A stretch of DNA of 38,486 nt from a bacterium (lineage in GTDB: Bacteria; Myxococcota; Kuafuiibacteriia; Kuafuiibacteriales; Kuafuiibacteriaceae): contig JAUHYN010000002.1 in assembly GCA_030426505.1 (NCBI GenBank), positions 1 through 38,486 on the forward strand. The letters run 5' to 3'. Positions 8,633 through 17,106 of the stretch are shown here, piece by piece. A program made the position numbers and the translations under genes. Below the pieces are notes generated by a model that saw only the letters and a list, made by a program, of their open reading frames with translations, did not search any database and was not told where the DNA came from. Position 1 is the stretch's first letter, and each line of letters starts with the position of its first letter.

Positions 8633-9868
8633 GTGTCCGGCGAAGGCCTGTGGTCGATGTTGGTGCTCGCCGCGTACGCGCTCGTCGCCAACGCGGCGGT
8701 CGCGGTCGTGCCGCACGAGCCCGCGGTGATCCTCGCGGGCGGCACGCTCGGGGTTTGGGCGACGGTCCTCGCGGCCACGCTCGGCACCGCGATCGCGGCG
8801 TACCTCGACCACCGCCTGTTCGGCGCGTGGCTCGCGCGGCGCGCGCGCCCTTCGGGTCTCGCGCTGTGGTTGCTCGAGCGCTTCGAGCGCGCGCCGTCCG
8901 CGGTGCTCGCGGCGAGTGGCCTCCTGCCGGTGCCGCTGTGGCCGTTCAAGGTCGCGGCGCTGTCGAGCGGGATGACGCGCACGCGCTACGTCGCGGCGCT
9001 GACGCTCGGCCGCGTCCCCCGGTACGCGTTGCTCGCGATCTTCGGGCGCGCCCTGTCGTTGCCGACGCCCGTGTTGATCGCGGTGAGCGTCGGCTTCGCG
9101 ATCGTTTTCGGCCTGGCGTCGTGGACGCCGGCGAGGAGTAGAGACATGACCGAGAAGAAGAACGCACAGCGAATGACGGACGGCCTCACCGCGCGTTGGG
9201 AGAAGGAGAACCTCCCGAAGATGGCGCGCGCGCTCCCCGAGTGGGTGACGCCGGATCACATGACGATCCTCGGCCTCGTCGCCGCGGTGGTGATCGCGGC
9301 GGGCTACGTGCTGTCGGCGTGGTCGCCCGCGTGGCTGCTGCTGGTGGTCGTCGGCCTGTTCTTCCACTGGGCGGGCGACAGCCTCGACGGCACGCTCGCG
9401 CGCGTCCGCAACAAGACGCGCGAGCGCTACGGCTACTACGTCGACCGCACGGCCGACGCGATCAGCACCGTGTTGATCGGGATCGCGTTCGGCCTGTCGC
9501 CGTACGTGGCGCTCCCGATCGCGATGCTGATGACGATCAGCTACCTGCTGCTCCAGATCTACGCGGAGATCTGCGCGTACACCGCGCGCGAGTTCCCGCT
9601 GTCGTTCGGTCGCCTCGGCCCCACCGAGGCGCGCATCGCGCTCGGGCTGTTCACGGTGTTGATGATGGTGTCGCCGCCCGCGTCGATCGTCGTGGCGGGT
9701 CTTCAGCTCACGTGGGTGGACGGCCTCGTCGCGTGCGTGAGCGTGGGGTTGCTCGCGACGTTCGCGGTGTCGTCGTGGCGCCAGGCGCGCCGGCTCGACG
9801 TCCTCGATCGGCAGCAGTGGAAGTTGGCGACGGAGAGCGGGACCGGCTTCCCGCAGATTCGCGACTGA
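8633..9868 (+). CDS. VTT/YqaA (DedA-superfamily) membrane domain in one ORF with a CDP-alcohol phosphatidyltransferase domain
   Basis: The N-terminal ~165 aa carry VPHEPAVILAG and LPVPLWPFKVAALSSGMTRTRYVAALTLGRVPRY (VTT/SNARE-associated pattern). The C-terminal part carries DSLDGTLARVRNKTRERYGYYVDRTAD, which fits DGx2ARx8Gx3Dx3D. An in-frame ATG at 9146 is preceded by AGGAG, so the transferase might also be translated on its own. Confidence 0.75.
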   Translation: MSGEGLWSMLVLAAYALVANAAVAVVPHEPAVILAGGTLGVWATVLAATLGTAIAAYLDHRLFGAWLARRARPSGLALWLLERFERAPSAVLAASGLLPVPLWPFKVAALSSGMTRTRYVAALTLGRVPRYALLAIFGRALSLPTPVLIAVSVGFAIVFGLASWTPARSRDMTEKKNAQRMTDGLTARWEKENLPKMARALPEWVTPDHMTILGLVAAVVIAAGYVLSAWSPAWLLLVVVGLFFHWAGDSLDGTLARVRNKTRERYGYYVDRTADAISTVLIGIAFGLSPYVALPIAMLMTISYLLLQIYAEICAYTAREFPLSFGRLGPTEARIALGLFTVLMMVSPPASIVVAGLQLTWVDGLVACVSVGLLATFAVSSWRQARRLDVLDRQQWKLATESGTGFPQIRD

Positions 9869-9869
9869 C

Positions 9870-10934
9870 TCACCGCGCCTTGGCGAGGATCTGCCCCGCC
9901 AGCGCCTCCGTCATCTCGTAGAAGCCTTCGTCCGAGCAGTCCCCGCGCGCGGCGCCCGCCGTCACCACGATCTCCTTCGCGAGATCGATCAGCTCACCGT
10001 TGAGCACGCACGAGTTCCCGAACCGGGTGATCTGCGACCGCAAGATGTATTGCGCGGCGAGCGCCTTCCCGAGCTCGATCTGGCAGCGCTCGTCGTAGCA
10101 GGTCTTGTACGAGTCGGCCTTGGCCTCTGCCACCTGGTCCGCGAGCACCGACTCCTGCGCGCCGCGGTCGATCGTGGAGAAGCCGCCCGCCGCGAGGAAC
10201 ACGCGCAGCTGATCGCCGACATTCTCGCGCAACAGGCGATCGATCGCGCGCGCCGGATCGGAGGCGTTCAGATCCCGCACCTCCATCACCGCGACGATCT
10301 TGGCGCTCGCGGGCTTCATCCCCACCGGTGGCGGTGGCGCGACGCTCGTCTCCGCCCGCACGAGATCCAGCGCGATCTCCCGCGGCCCGGGCGCGACCAC
10401 CTGGACGAACAGATCCTGGTACCCCGGTCGCTTCGCGACGTACTTCGCGGCCTTCTCGCGGACGTCCCGCGACAGCAGCTTGTCCTCCTCGAAGCCCCAC
10501 ACTCCGGCGAACGTCCACTCGGTGATCGCGACCGCGGCGCCGATCATCGAACCGAACGTCAACGACACCACCTTGCCCGGGAGCCCCACGTCCGACTTCG
10601 CGACCAACACGATCCCGGCCACGAGCAGAACGGCGTCCGCGAAGCCTCCGAGGAACAACAACGTCATGTCCTCGGTGACGTGGTACGACTCCGCCACCTC
10701 GTACGCGATCGTGTCCGTGCTCGGCCCGTCCCCCACGTGGACGAGCTCGCCGCCCTCCACGCGGTACAGGCTCGCGGCGTTCGGCGTCGGTTTCAGCCGT
10801 ACGTCGTACCGCTCCTCTCGCACGCGCACTTCGTCGTGTGAGTACCCGACGATCGTGCTCTGCAGGATCCACCCGCACCCCTGCGTCGTGACCGCGACGA
10901 GCGCGATCGCGACGGCCCCTCGAGACCTCCCCAT
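9870..10934 (-). CDS. Hypothetical lipoprotein
   Basis: The ATG at 10934 gives MGRSRGAVAIALVAVTTQGC (signal + Cys). The ORF track begins at a TTG at 10955. An internal hydrophobic block is followed by a C-terminal Cys-containing domain. The gene converges on the previous gene with a 1-nt gap. Confidence 0.65.
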   Translation of the reverse strand: MGRSRGAVAIALVAVTTQGCGWILQSTIVGYSHDEVRVREERYDVRLKPTPNAASLYRVEGGELVHVGDGPSTDTIAYEVAESYHVTEDMTLLFLGGFADAVLLVAGIVLVAKSDVGLPGKVVSLTFGSMIGAAVAITEWTFAGVWGFEEDKLLSRDVREKAAKYVAKRPGYQDLFVQVVAPGPREIALDLVRAETSVAPPPPVGMKPASAKIVAVMEVRDLNASDPARAIDRLLRENVGDQLRVFLAAGGFSTIDRGAQESVLADQVAEAKADSYKTCYDERCQIELGKALAAQYILRSQITRFGNSCVLNGELIDLAKEIVVTAGAARGDCSDEGFYEMTEALAGQILAKAR

Positions 10935-10969
10935 CGTGACGAACCCTACGCCCAAACGAGCCCGATGGG

Positions 10970-12175
10970 TCAGTGTGATCGCGGGCCCGCCGTCGAGAGG
11001 TCGCGCGGCAGCGCGAACAACGGCAGCGGCGCGAGGAGCGCGAGGATCACGCCGACGTACAGCGCCTCACGCAGCCCGATCCGCTCCGCGAGCGCGCCCG
11101 CGCCGAGCGCGACGAGCGGCAACAGCAGCGTCTGCACCGCGGTGAAGATCCCGTTGGCGCGCGCGAGCACCGCGCGATCGAGGAACACCTGCCGGTGCGT
11201 CACGGCATGCACTTCGTACGCGATCTCGAATCCGTCGCTCACGATCTGGTGCGCGACGAGGCACGCGATGCCGAACCAAGAGCCGTCGGCGAGCGGGATC
11301 AACAACATCGACGCCTGCGCAATCACCACCGCGCCGATCAGCCGGCCGCGCCCCGCCACGTGCCGCGACAACACGGCGCCGAACAATGCACCCACGCCGC
11401 CCATCGAGATGATCACGCCGACCGCGCCGACGGAGATCTCGAGCGTGTCGAGCGTGTAGAGCATGTACAGCGCGAAGAAGAAGCCGTCCGCGAGGGTCTG
11501 GATCGCCGCGGTCAGCAAGTGCGGCCGCACGCGAGGCTCCGACCACACGGCCGACAGCCCCGAACGCAGGTCTGCGTACACACTCGCCGTCTCGTCGGTC
11601 TCGGCGACGATCTCCTCCGCGCCGATGCGCGACAGCAGCGCGGCCGACCACAGATACGACACCGCGTCGACGAACATCGCGAACGGCGCCGTGATCCACT
11701 CGATGAGCAACCCGGCGAGGCCCGGCCCGACAATCTCCGCGATCGACTCCGTGGTCTCGAGCTTCGCGTTCTTGTCGGCGAGCTCCTCCGCCGGGACGAG
11801 GTGGACGAGGTACGCGTTGTCCGTGACCGAGAACAGCGCCGACGCCGTCCCGACCAGCGCCGCCACCAGATAAAGCTGCGGCATCGTCAGCGCGCCGAAC
11901 CACGCGGCGAGCGGCAGCGACAGGATCAACAGCGCACGCACGAGGTCGGCGCCGATCAACACCGGGCGCTTCTTCGCGCGGTCGATCCGACCCGACACCA
12001 GGAGCGCCACGATCGCGCCCGGGCCCACGGTGACCGCGGACAGAATACCGAGCTCGAGCGGCGTCCCGTCCACGGAGAGCACCGCGAGCACCGGCAACGC
12101 CGTGCGCGTGATCCGGCTGCCGAGCGCACTGACGCTCTGCGCCATCCAGAGTCGACCGAAGTCTGTCCGGGGCAT
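10970..12175 (-). CDS. MFS transporter
   Basis: The 401-aa protein has about 12 hydrophobic segments. The N-terminal FGRLWMAQSVSALGSRITRTALPVLAV is typical of MFS_3/EntS-like exporters. Confidence 0.85.
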   Translation of the reverse strand: MPRTDFGRLWMAQSVSALGSRITRTALPVLAVLSVDGTPLELGILSAVTVGPGAIVALLVSGRIDRAKKRPVLIGADLVRALLILSLPLAAWFGALTMPQLYLVAALVGTASALFSVTDNAYLVHLVPAEELADKNAKLETTESIAEIVGPGLAGLLIEWITAPFAMFVDAVSYLWSAALLSRIGAEEIVAETDETASVYADLRSGLSAVWSEPRVRPHLLTAAIQTLADGFFFALYMLYTLDTLEISVGAVGVIISMGGVGALFGAVLSRHVAGRGRLIGAVVIAQASMLLIPLADGSWFGIACLVAHQIVSDGFEIAYEVHAVTHRQVFLDRAVLARANGIFTAVQTLLLPLVALGAGALAERIGLREALYVGVILALLAPLPLFALPRDLSTAGPRSH

Positions 12176-12348
12176 CCGTCATGTCCTCGCTGGACCGTCG
12201 GTCCGGGGGGAGGGGCCGGGCTCACACCTGAGGAGCCGTCGGTCGGGTTGCAGAATCGGGGCGGTTCAGGTGTACTCAGTACATACCGACGGACACACCG
12301 TCGCGTCGGTCGCCGACCCTAGGATGGGGGCGGTGGGGAGGACAAGGA

Positions 12349-13632
12349 ATGTCGATCAACGGGTTTCAGCTCCGCAACAACCCCTTTCTCGATCCCTTCG
12401 GCACGAGCGGCTTCCCGTTCGGCGCCATGCCCTTCGGCAACAGCCCGTTCGGTGCGCAGATGTTCGGCGGCGGCTCGCCGCTCGATCTCTTCTCGGGCGC
12501 CGGCAACGCCTCCATCCCGGCCGCACAGATGCTGCCGATGATGATGGGCGCGATCATCCAGCAGCAGCTCGCGCTGATGTTCCTCGCCGAGCTCCTCGCC
12601 GGCGGCGGCGGTCGTCGGCAGCAAGGCGGCGGGTGCGGCGGCAACTGTCGCGGTGGGCTCCCGCGCGGGATGTTCGGACAAGGGCGGCGCCTCCCGCCCG
12701 GCTCCTGGAACAACGGCGTCAACGGGCCCGGCAGCGGCACCATCACGAACAACACGGGCGGTCCGGTCTCCAACGGCACCGCCACGTTCGACAACGTCCG
12801 CAACGCGGGCGCGCGCAACCAGATGGTCTCCGGCCGCATCACGGTCAACGGCAACACGTACCAGTTCAACAGCGGCGGCCACGGTCGCGGCAGCCTCCCG
12901 CCGGGCCAGTACCAGGTCACGCCGCACATGTTCAGTCGCAACACTCGGGGTATGGTGCGCGACGGCGTGGGTTACAGCTTCGCGCTCAACAACGCGTACG
13001 ACCCGCGCGTCGGCGGCACGCGCACCGCGCTCCGCATTCACCCGGACGGCGGCAGCGCCGGCACGATGGGCTGCATCGGCATCGTCGGTGACGCCGCCAC
13101 GCAGCGTCAGTTCCGCGCGGACATGATGGCCGAGATCCAGCGCAACGGCGGGAGCTACACGCTCAACGTCGGCGTCCCCGGTCAGGCCGGTCCCACGAAC
13201 GGCCCGACCACCGGCGGACCGACGAGCGCGTCCGCCGCGAGCCTCAACCGTCACCTCGGCGGCGTCTTCGCCGGCCGCGGCCAAGCGTTCGTCGACGCCG
13301 CGCAGCGCCACGGCCTCGACCCGAACCTGCTCGCCGCGATCGCGATTCACGAGACGGGCAACGGCACGTCGAACGCCGTGCGCAACCACAACAACCCGGG
13401 CGGCCTCATGGATCCGCGCACGCGTTGGAGCACGTTGCAGCGCTTCTCGAGCCTCGACGCCGGCATCGACGCCATGGCGCGCAACCTCAAGCGCGGCTAC
13501 ATCAACCAGGGCCTCACGTCGATCCCGCAGATCGGTCGCAAGTACGCCCCGGTCGGCGCGGCGAACGATCCGGGCGGCCTCAACCGCCACTGGATCACGA
13601 ACGTCACGCGCCTCTTCAACCAGCTGAGCTGA
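12349..13632 (+). CDS. Two-domain peptidoglycan-targeting enzyme: Tlde1/DUF2778-like L,D-transpeptidase-fold domain + glucosaminidase (FlgJ-type) domain, with an FG/Gly-rich N-terminus
   Basis: GSLPPGQYQVTP ... TALRIHPDGGSAGTMGCIGIV matches the DUF2778/Tlde1 pattern (conserved His and GC). AFVDAAQRHGLDPNLLAAIAIHETGNGTSNAVRNHNNPGGLM matches the glucosaminidase domain (PF01832-type). No signal peptide is visible. The N-terminus has repeated PFG motifs. Confidence 0.75.
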   Translation: MSINGFQLRNNPFLDPFGTSGFPFGAMPFGNSPFGAQMFGGGSPLDLFSGAGNASIPAAQMLPMMMGAIIQQQLALMFLAELLAGGGGRRQQGGGCGGNCRGGLPRGMFGQGRRLPPGSWNNGVNGPGSGTITNNTGGPVSNGTATFDNVRNAGARNQMVSGRITVNGNTYQFNSGGHGRGSLPPGQYQVTPHMFSRNTRGMVRDGVGYSFALNNAYDPRVGGTRTALRIHPDGGSAGTMGCIGIVGDAATQRQFRADMMAEIQRNGGSYTLNVGVPGQAGPTNGPTTGGPTSASAASLNRHLGGVFAGRGQAFVDAAQRHGLDPNLLAAIAIHETGNGTSNAVRNHNNPGGLMDPRTRWSTLQRFSSLDAGIDAMARNLKRGYINQGLTSIPQIGRKYAPVGAANDPGGLNRHWITNVTRLFNQLS

Positions 13633-13634
13633 GC

Positions 13635-13653
13635 GCGCTACCGCGCGTAGCGC
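13635..13653. terminator. Short GC hairpin between convergent genes (possible bidirectional terminator)
   Basis: GCGCTAC (13635-13641), loop cgcgc, then GTAGCGC (13647-13653) form a perfect 7-bp stem. It sits in and around the 5-nt gap between two convergent stop codons. There is no U-tract. Confidence 0.25.
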
Positions 13654-13907
13654 TCCGCCGAGCGGGCCTTCGCCTTCGCGGCTTCCTCTTCACGGTTCTT
13701 CGGCGGCGCGTTCGTCTCGAGCGAATCGACCAGCTCGCGCGTCGCCGCGGCGATCACGTCAATGGCGCGCTCGAACGCGTCCTCGTTGGCGCGACTCGGC
13801 TTCCGCGTCCCGCTCACCTTCCGCACGAACTGAATCGCGGCCGCGCGGACTTCTTCGTCCGTCGCGGGGGGCTCGAAGTTGAACAGCGGGCGGATGTTGC
13901 GACACAT
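13638..13907 (-). CDS. DUF2277 family protein
   Basis: The internal ATG at 13907 gives MCRNIRPLFNFEPPATDEEVRAAAIQFVRKVSG, the characteristic DUF2277 N-terminus. The longer ORF-track start at 14069 overlaps the next gene. Confidence 0.8.
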   Translation of the reverse strand: MCRNIRPLFNFEPPATDEEVRAAAIQFVRKVSGTRKPSRANEDAFERAIDVIAAATRELVDSLETNAPPKNREEEAAKAKARSAERYAR

Positions 13908-13932
13908 GGGCCGAACGTAGCACCTTCGACGC

Positions 13933-14997
13933 GTGGTCCGGTACGCGATCCTCTTCGCCGCGCTCCTCGGCGCGTGCCGTGGCTCGGAGGCGCCGGCGTG
14001 TCCCGAGGGCGCCGCGTGCGCGACGGCGTGTGCCACGGACGAGGACTGCGCCGAGGACCAGATCTGCAACGCCGCGATGCGGTGTCAGCGTCGACCGCGG
14101 TGCCGCGCCAACGTGGACTGCGCCGACGGCGAGCGCTGCGACGTGACGACCGGATCGTGCGTGTCGACGCCCGGATGCCTCGCGGATCTGCACTGCGCGT
14201 TCGGTGAGCTCTGCGAGGGCGGCGCGTGCGTCGCGGGCTGCCGATCGAACGGCGACTGCCCGTTGTTCGCGACGTGCGTCGAAGGCGCTTGCGTCGACGA
14301 GTGCGCGTCGAACGACTACTGCGCGCTCGGCGCGGTGTGCGCGGCGGGCACGTGCTACCCGTCCCCCAACCCGAGTCACTGCGCGCCGTGCGACGCGGAT
14401 CGCGAGTGCATGTACGCGTCGGACTACTGCCTCCTCAACCACAACTACGACGCCGCGGATCCGACGCGCGGGACGCCGCGCTACTGCGCGGTCGACTGCC
14501 TCGAGGACGCGAGCGTCTGTCCGAACGGGTACGCGTGCCAGGCCGTCACGCTCCTCACCGAAGACCCGTGTCAACGCGACATCCAGTGCGGTCGCCTCGA
14601 TCGGAGGTGCATGATCGAGGAGGGCGCGGATCGAGGCTTCTGCTCGTGCGGGAACGACCTCGACTGCTTGCCCGAGTCGCTCCCGCCGCGTTGTCGCCTC
14701 GGGTTCTGCGAGGCGCCGCGCGGTCGGCTCTGCGGCGACGCGCGCGATTGCGAGCCGCTCGTGCTCTGCGATCGCCACGGCGGGAGCCCGGTGAAGATCT
14801 GCGCGAACAACGGCGAGACATGTGACACCGCCGAGGACTGCCTCTGCCACGAGGGCCGCTGCCTCAACACCGGGCGCGTGTGTTCCCGCGGTGAACAGTG
14901 TCGCCTCGCGTGCGTGCAAGGTGTCTGTTTCGTCGGCGCGGCCTGTGCGCCGATCGAAGGACTGTACTGCCCCGAGCTGCGGCGCGACGGACAGTAG
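13933..14997 (+). CDS. Cysteine-rich repeat lipoprotein
   Basis: A GTG start gives a lipobox (AALLGAC). The rest is dense, regularly spaced Cys in repeats of the type DCxxGxxCxxGxC. Confidence 0.75.
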   Translation: MVRYAILFAALLGACRGSEAPACPEGAACATACATDEDCAEDQICNAAMRCQRRPRCRANVDCADGERCDVTTGSCVSTPGCLADLHCAFGELCEGGACVAGCRSNGDCPLFATCVEGACVDECASNDYCALGAVCAAGTCYPSPNPSHCAPCDADRECMYASDYCLLNHNYDAADPTRGTPRYCAVDCLEDASVCPNGYACQAVTLLTEDPCQRDIQCGRLDRRCMIEEGADRGFCSCGNDLDCLPESLPPRCRLGFCEAPRGRLCGDARDCEPLVLCDRHGGSPVKICANNGETCDTAEDCLCHEGRCLNTGRVCSRGEQCRLACVQGVCFVGAACAPIEGLYCPELRRDGQ

Positions 14998-15135
14998 GAC
15001 CGCGGTCCGGCTCCGAAGGACGCACTCCTTGCGCCCAGCGGTTACATTGAAAGGAAGTCGAGCGTTCGCTACGACTGACCGTCTGGGGGGTGCTCGGATT
15101 CGGACGCGGGGGCGTCTCGACCGAGGACACAACGT

Positions 15136-15942
15136 TTGGGAACGCTCGCGGTAGCCAGTCAAAAAGGTGGCGTCGGCAAGACGACGCTCGCACTCAATCT
15201 CAGCTACGCCTTCGCAGAGGCCGGCCTCTCGACGCTGCTGATCGACACCGATCCGCAGGGCGCCGTGGGGTTGTCGCTGTCGCCGTCGGTCGCGAAGCGT
15301 CGCGGTCTCGCGGATTGCATCGCGGGTGAAGTCGGCGTCACGGACGCCATCCTCGCCACGAAGCACCCGCGCCTCGCGTTGATGCCGGTCGGGCAGATAC
15401 AGCCGAAGGAGGTCGCGGCGTTCTCGCGCGCGATCGTCGAGGGCGGTCGCCTCCGCCCCGTGCTCGACGCGCTCCACGGTCAGTACGATCTGTTCATCAT
15501 CGACACGCCGTGCGGATTCGGCGGCATCACGGTCGAGGCGCTCCGCAACTCCACGCACGTCGTCTCGCCGATCCTCGCGGAGCCGATCGTGCTCCGCTCC
15601 GTTCCGCAGCTCTTCGAGATGATCCAGTCGCTCGTCGAGGAGGGCGTCACGACGCGCATCGTCGGCCTCGTGATCACGATGCTCCAGAGCCAGGACCCCA
15701 ACTCCGCGAATGTCGCGCAAGAGCTGAGGCGGATGTTCCCGCCCGAGCTGCTCTTCGACGTCGACATCCCGCGCCACCCGATCTTCCTGGAGGCGACGTC
15801 GCTCGGCGTCCCCGTCGGACTCCTCGGCACGCCGCCTCCGCCCGTCACTCACCTCATCAACCTGATCGCTTCGGAGATCAGTAGTCGAATGCAGCTCGAC
15901 AGGACGACCCGCCATGGCCCGCAACGGACCCTCGTGGATTGA
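15136..15942 (+). CDS. ParA/MinD-family P-loop ATPase
   Basis: The TTG start has GAGGA 8 nt upstream, and no other start exists in the open frame. The deviant Walker A is VASQKGGVGKTTLALNL. LLIDTDPQG and LFIIDTP are also present. Confidence 0.85.
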   Translation: MGTLAVASQKGGVGKTTLALNLSYAFAEAGLSTLLIDTDPQGAVGLSLSPSVAKRRGLADCIAGEVGVTDAILATKHPRLALMPVGQIQPKEVAAFSRAIVEGGRLRPVLDALHGQYDLFIIDTPCGFGGITVEALRNSTHVVSPILAEPIVLRSVPQLFEMIQSLVEEGVTTRIVGLVITMLQSQDPNSANVAQELRRMFPPELLFDVDIPRHPIFLEATSLGVPVGLLGTPPPPVTHLINLIASEISSRMQLDRTTRHGPQRTLVD

Positions 15943-16504
15943 GACCGATCGGCTGAGCAGCCTCGTCGAGTTGACCGCGTGGCGACGCCCGGCCCTCGCG
16001 ACCGAGCGCCCGTCCGCCGCCGACGTCCCGGTGTCGCGGTTCGGCGTGACGCACGTGACGAACGCGACGATCGTGACGCCGCGGTACGAGGCGCCGACCT
16101 CCCAGGCACCGGTGCCGCCGGTCGTTGGTCGCATCGCGTTCGAGGGCGAGCTCGAAGCGCGCCTCGAGCGCCTGCTGAAGTGGAGCGTGTCGATGCTCGG
16201 GGCCACCGCCGCGTTCGTCACCGACGACGAAGGCCTCGTGATGGCCGCGACCGACGAGACCGCACTCGAACCCGCCGCGACGACCACCGTCGAGGTCTTC
16301 CTCCGTCAGTGGTCGGCGTACGCGTCGCGCCCCGACGGCTTCTTCGCGCTCCGCGCCGACGGTCGGACGCACGTGGTCACCTGGGCGCAGCACGCGGGCC
16401 GCACCTACTTCCTCGTCGTGAGCGGCGCGCGTCACGACGATCGGGCCTCCGCCGCTCAGCTGAGCGAGGCCCTCGAGAGCGCGCTGGAGTCGAACGAACG
16501 ATGA
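15914..16504 (+). CDS. Roadblock/LC7 (MglB-like) domain protein
   Basis: It overlaps the ParA-like 3' end by 29 nt. The C-terminal half (GATAAFVTDDEGLVMAA ... TYFLVVSG) fits the roadblock/LC7 pattern. Confidence 0.55.
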   Translation: MARNGPSWIETDRLSSLVELTAWRRPALATERPSAADVPVSRFGVTHVTNATIVTPRYEAPTSQAPVPPVVGRIAFEGELEARLERLLKWSVSMLGATAAFVTDDEGLVMAATDETALEPAATTTVEVFLRQWSAYASRPDGFFALRADGRTHVVTWAQHAGRTYFLVVSGARHDDRASAAQLSEALESALESNER

Positions 16505-17106
16505 ACGACGAGAGACTTCGCGCGGCCGTCGCGACCATCCCGCGCCTCCGCGCGTGCGCCGTCGTGCGGACCGCCGGCGGCGGCCTCCGCGCGGCCTACC
16601 AATCCCCGACCGAGCAGTGGAGCGCGGGCGACTTCGCGCAGCTCGTCGGGCGAATGTTCGGCGACGCGTCCGGCGCCCTCGGCCTCTTGGGTGGAGGCAG
16701 CGCGGATCAACTCCTCGTGGAGGCGCGCGGGCGTCGCGTGGCGCTCCAAGCGCTCGACACCGAGCACGTCGCCGCGTTCGTCTTCGACCGCGACGCGAAG
16801 CTCGGGATGATCCGCCACCGCGTCAGCGGCGTGCGCTCCGCGCTCGAGGCGTCGCTCGCCGAGCCCGCGCCGCGCGTGTCGAACGCGCCGCGCGCCTCGA
16901 ATGCGCCGCGGGGCGCCGACCTCCTCGAGTACCTCGAGCGCAACGCGGCCGACACCCACGCCGCGTTGTTGCGCGTGTCGCTGCAGACCGGCCTCCCGAT
17001 GACGCTCCTCAGAACCCCCGAGCGCCTCTCCGCCCCCGAGCTGGAGAGCGTCTCCGCCTCCGTGCGCCAGATCCTCGGCGTTCAGACCTTGGGACTCGAT
17101 TCATGA
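16501..17106 (+). CDS. Roadblock/LC7-like domain protein
   Basis: There is an ATGA start/stop overlap at 16501-16504. The segment IPRLRACAVVRTAGGGL ... EHVAAFVFDRDAKLGM is roadblock-like. The ORF-track entry 15979..17106 is an over-extension in the same frame. Confidence 0.5.
   Translation: MNDERLRAAVATIPRLRACAVVRTAGGGLRAAYQSPTEQWSAGDFAQLVGRMFGDASGALGLLGGGSADQLLVEARGRRVALQALDTEHVAAFVFDRDAKLGMIRHRVSGVRSALEASLAEPAPRVSNAPRASNAPRGADLLEYLERNAADTHAALLRVSLQTGLPMTLLRTPERLSAPELESVSASVRQILGVQTLGLDS

Noticed and set aside
16864-16910. A short tandem duplication encoding SNAPRASNAPR inside the second roadblock-like gene.
   Set aside because: There are only two imperfect copies of about 15 nt within a low-complexity linker. 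It is not a repeat array or CRISPR-like structure.
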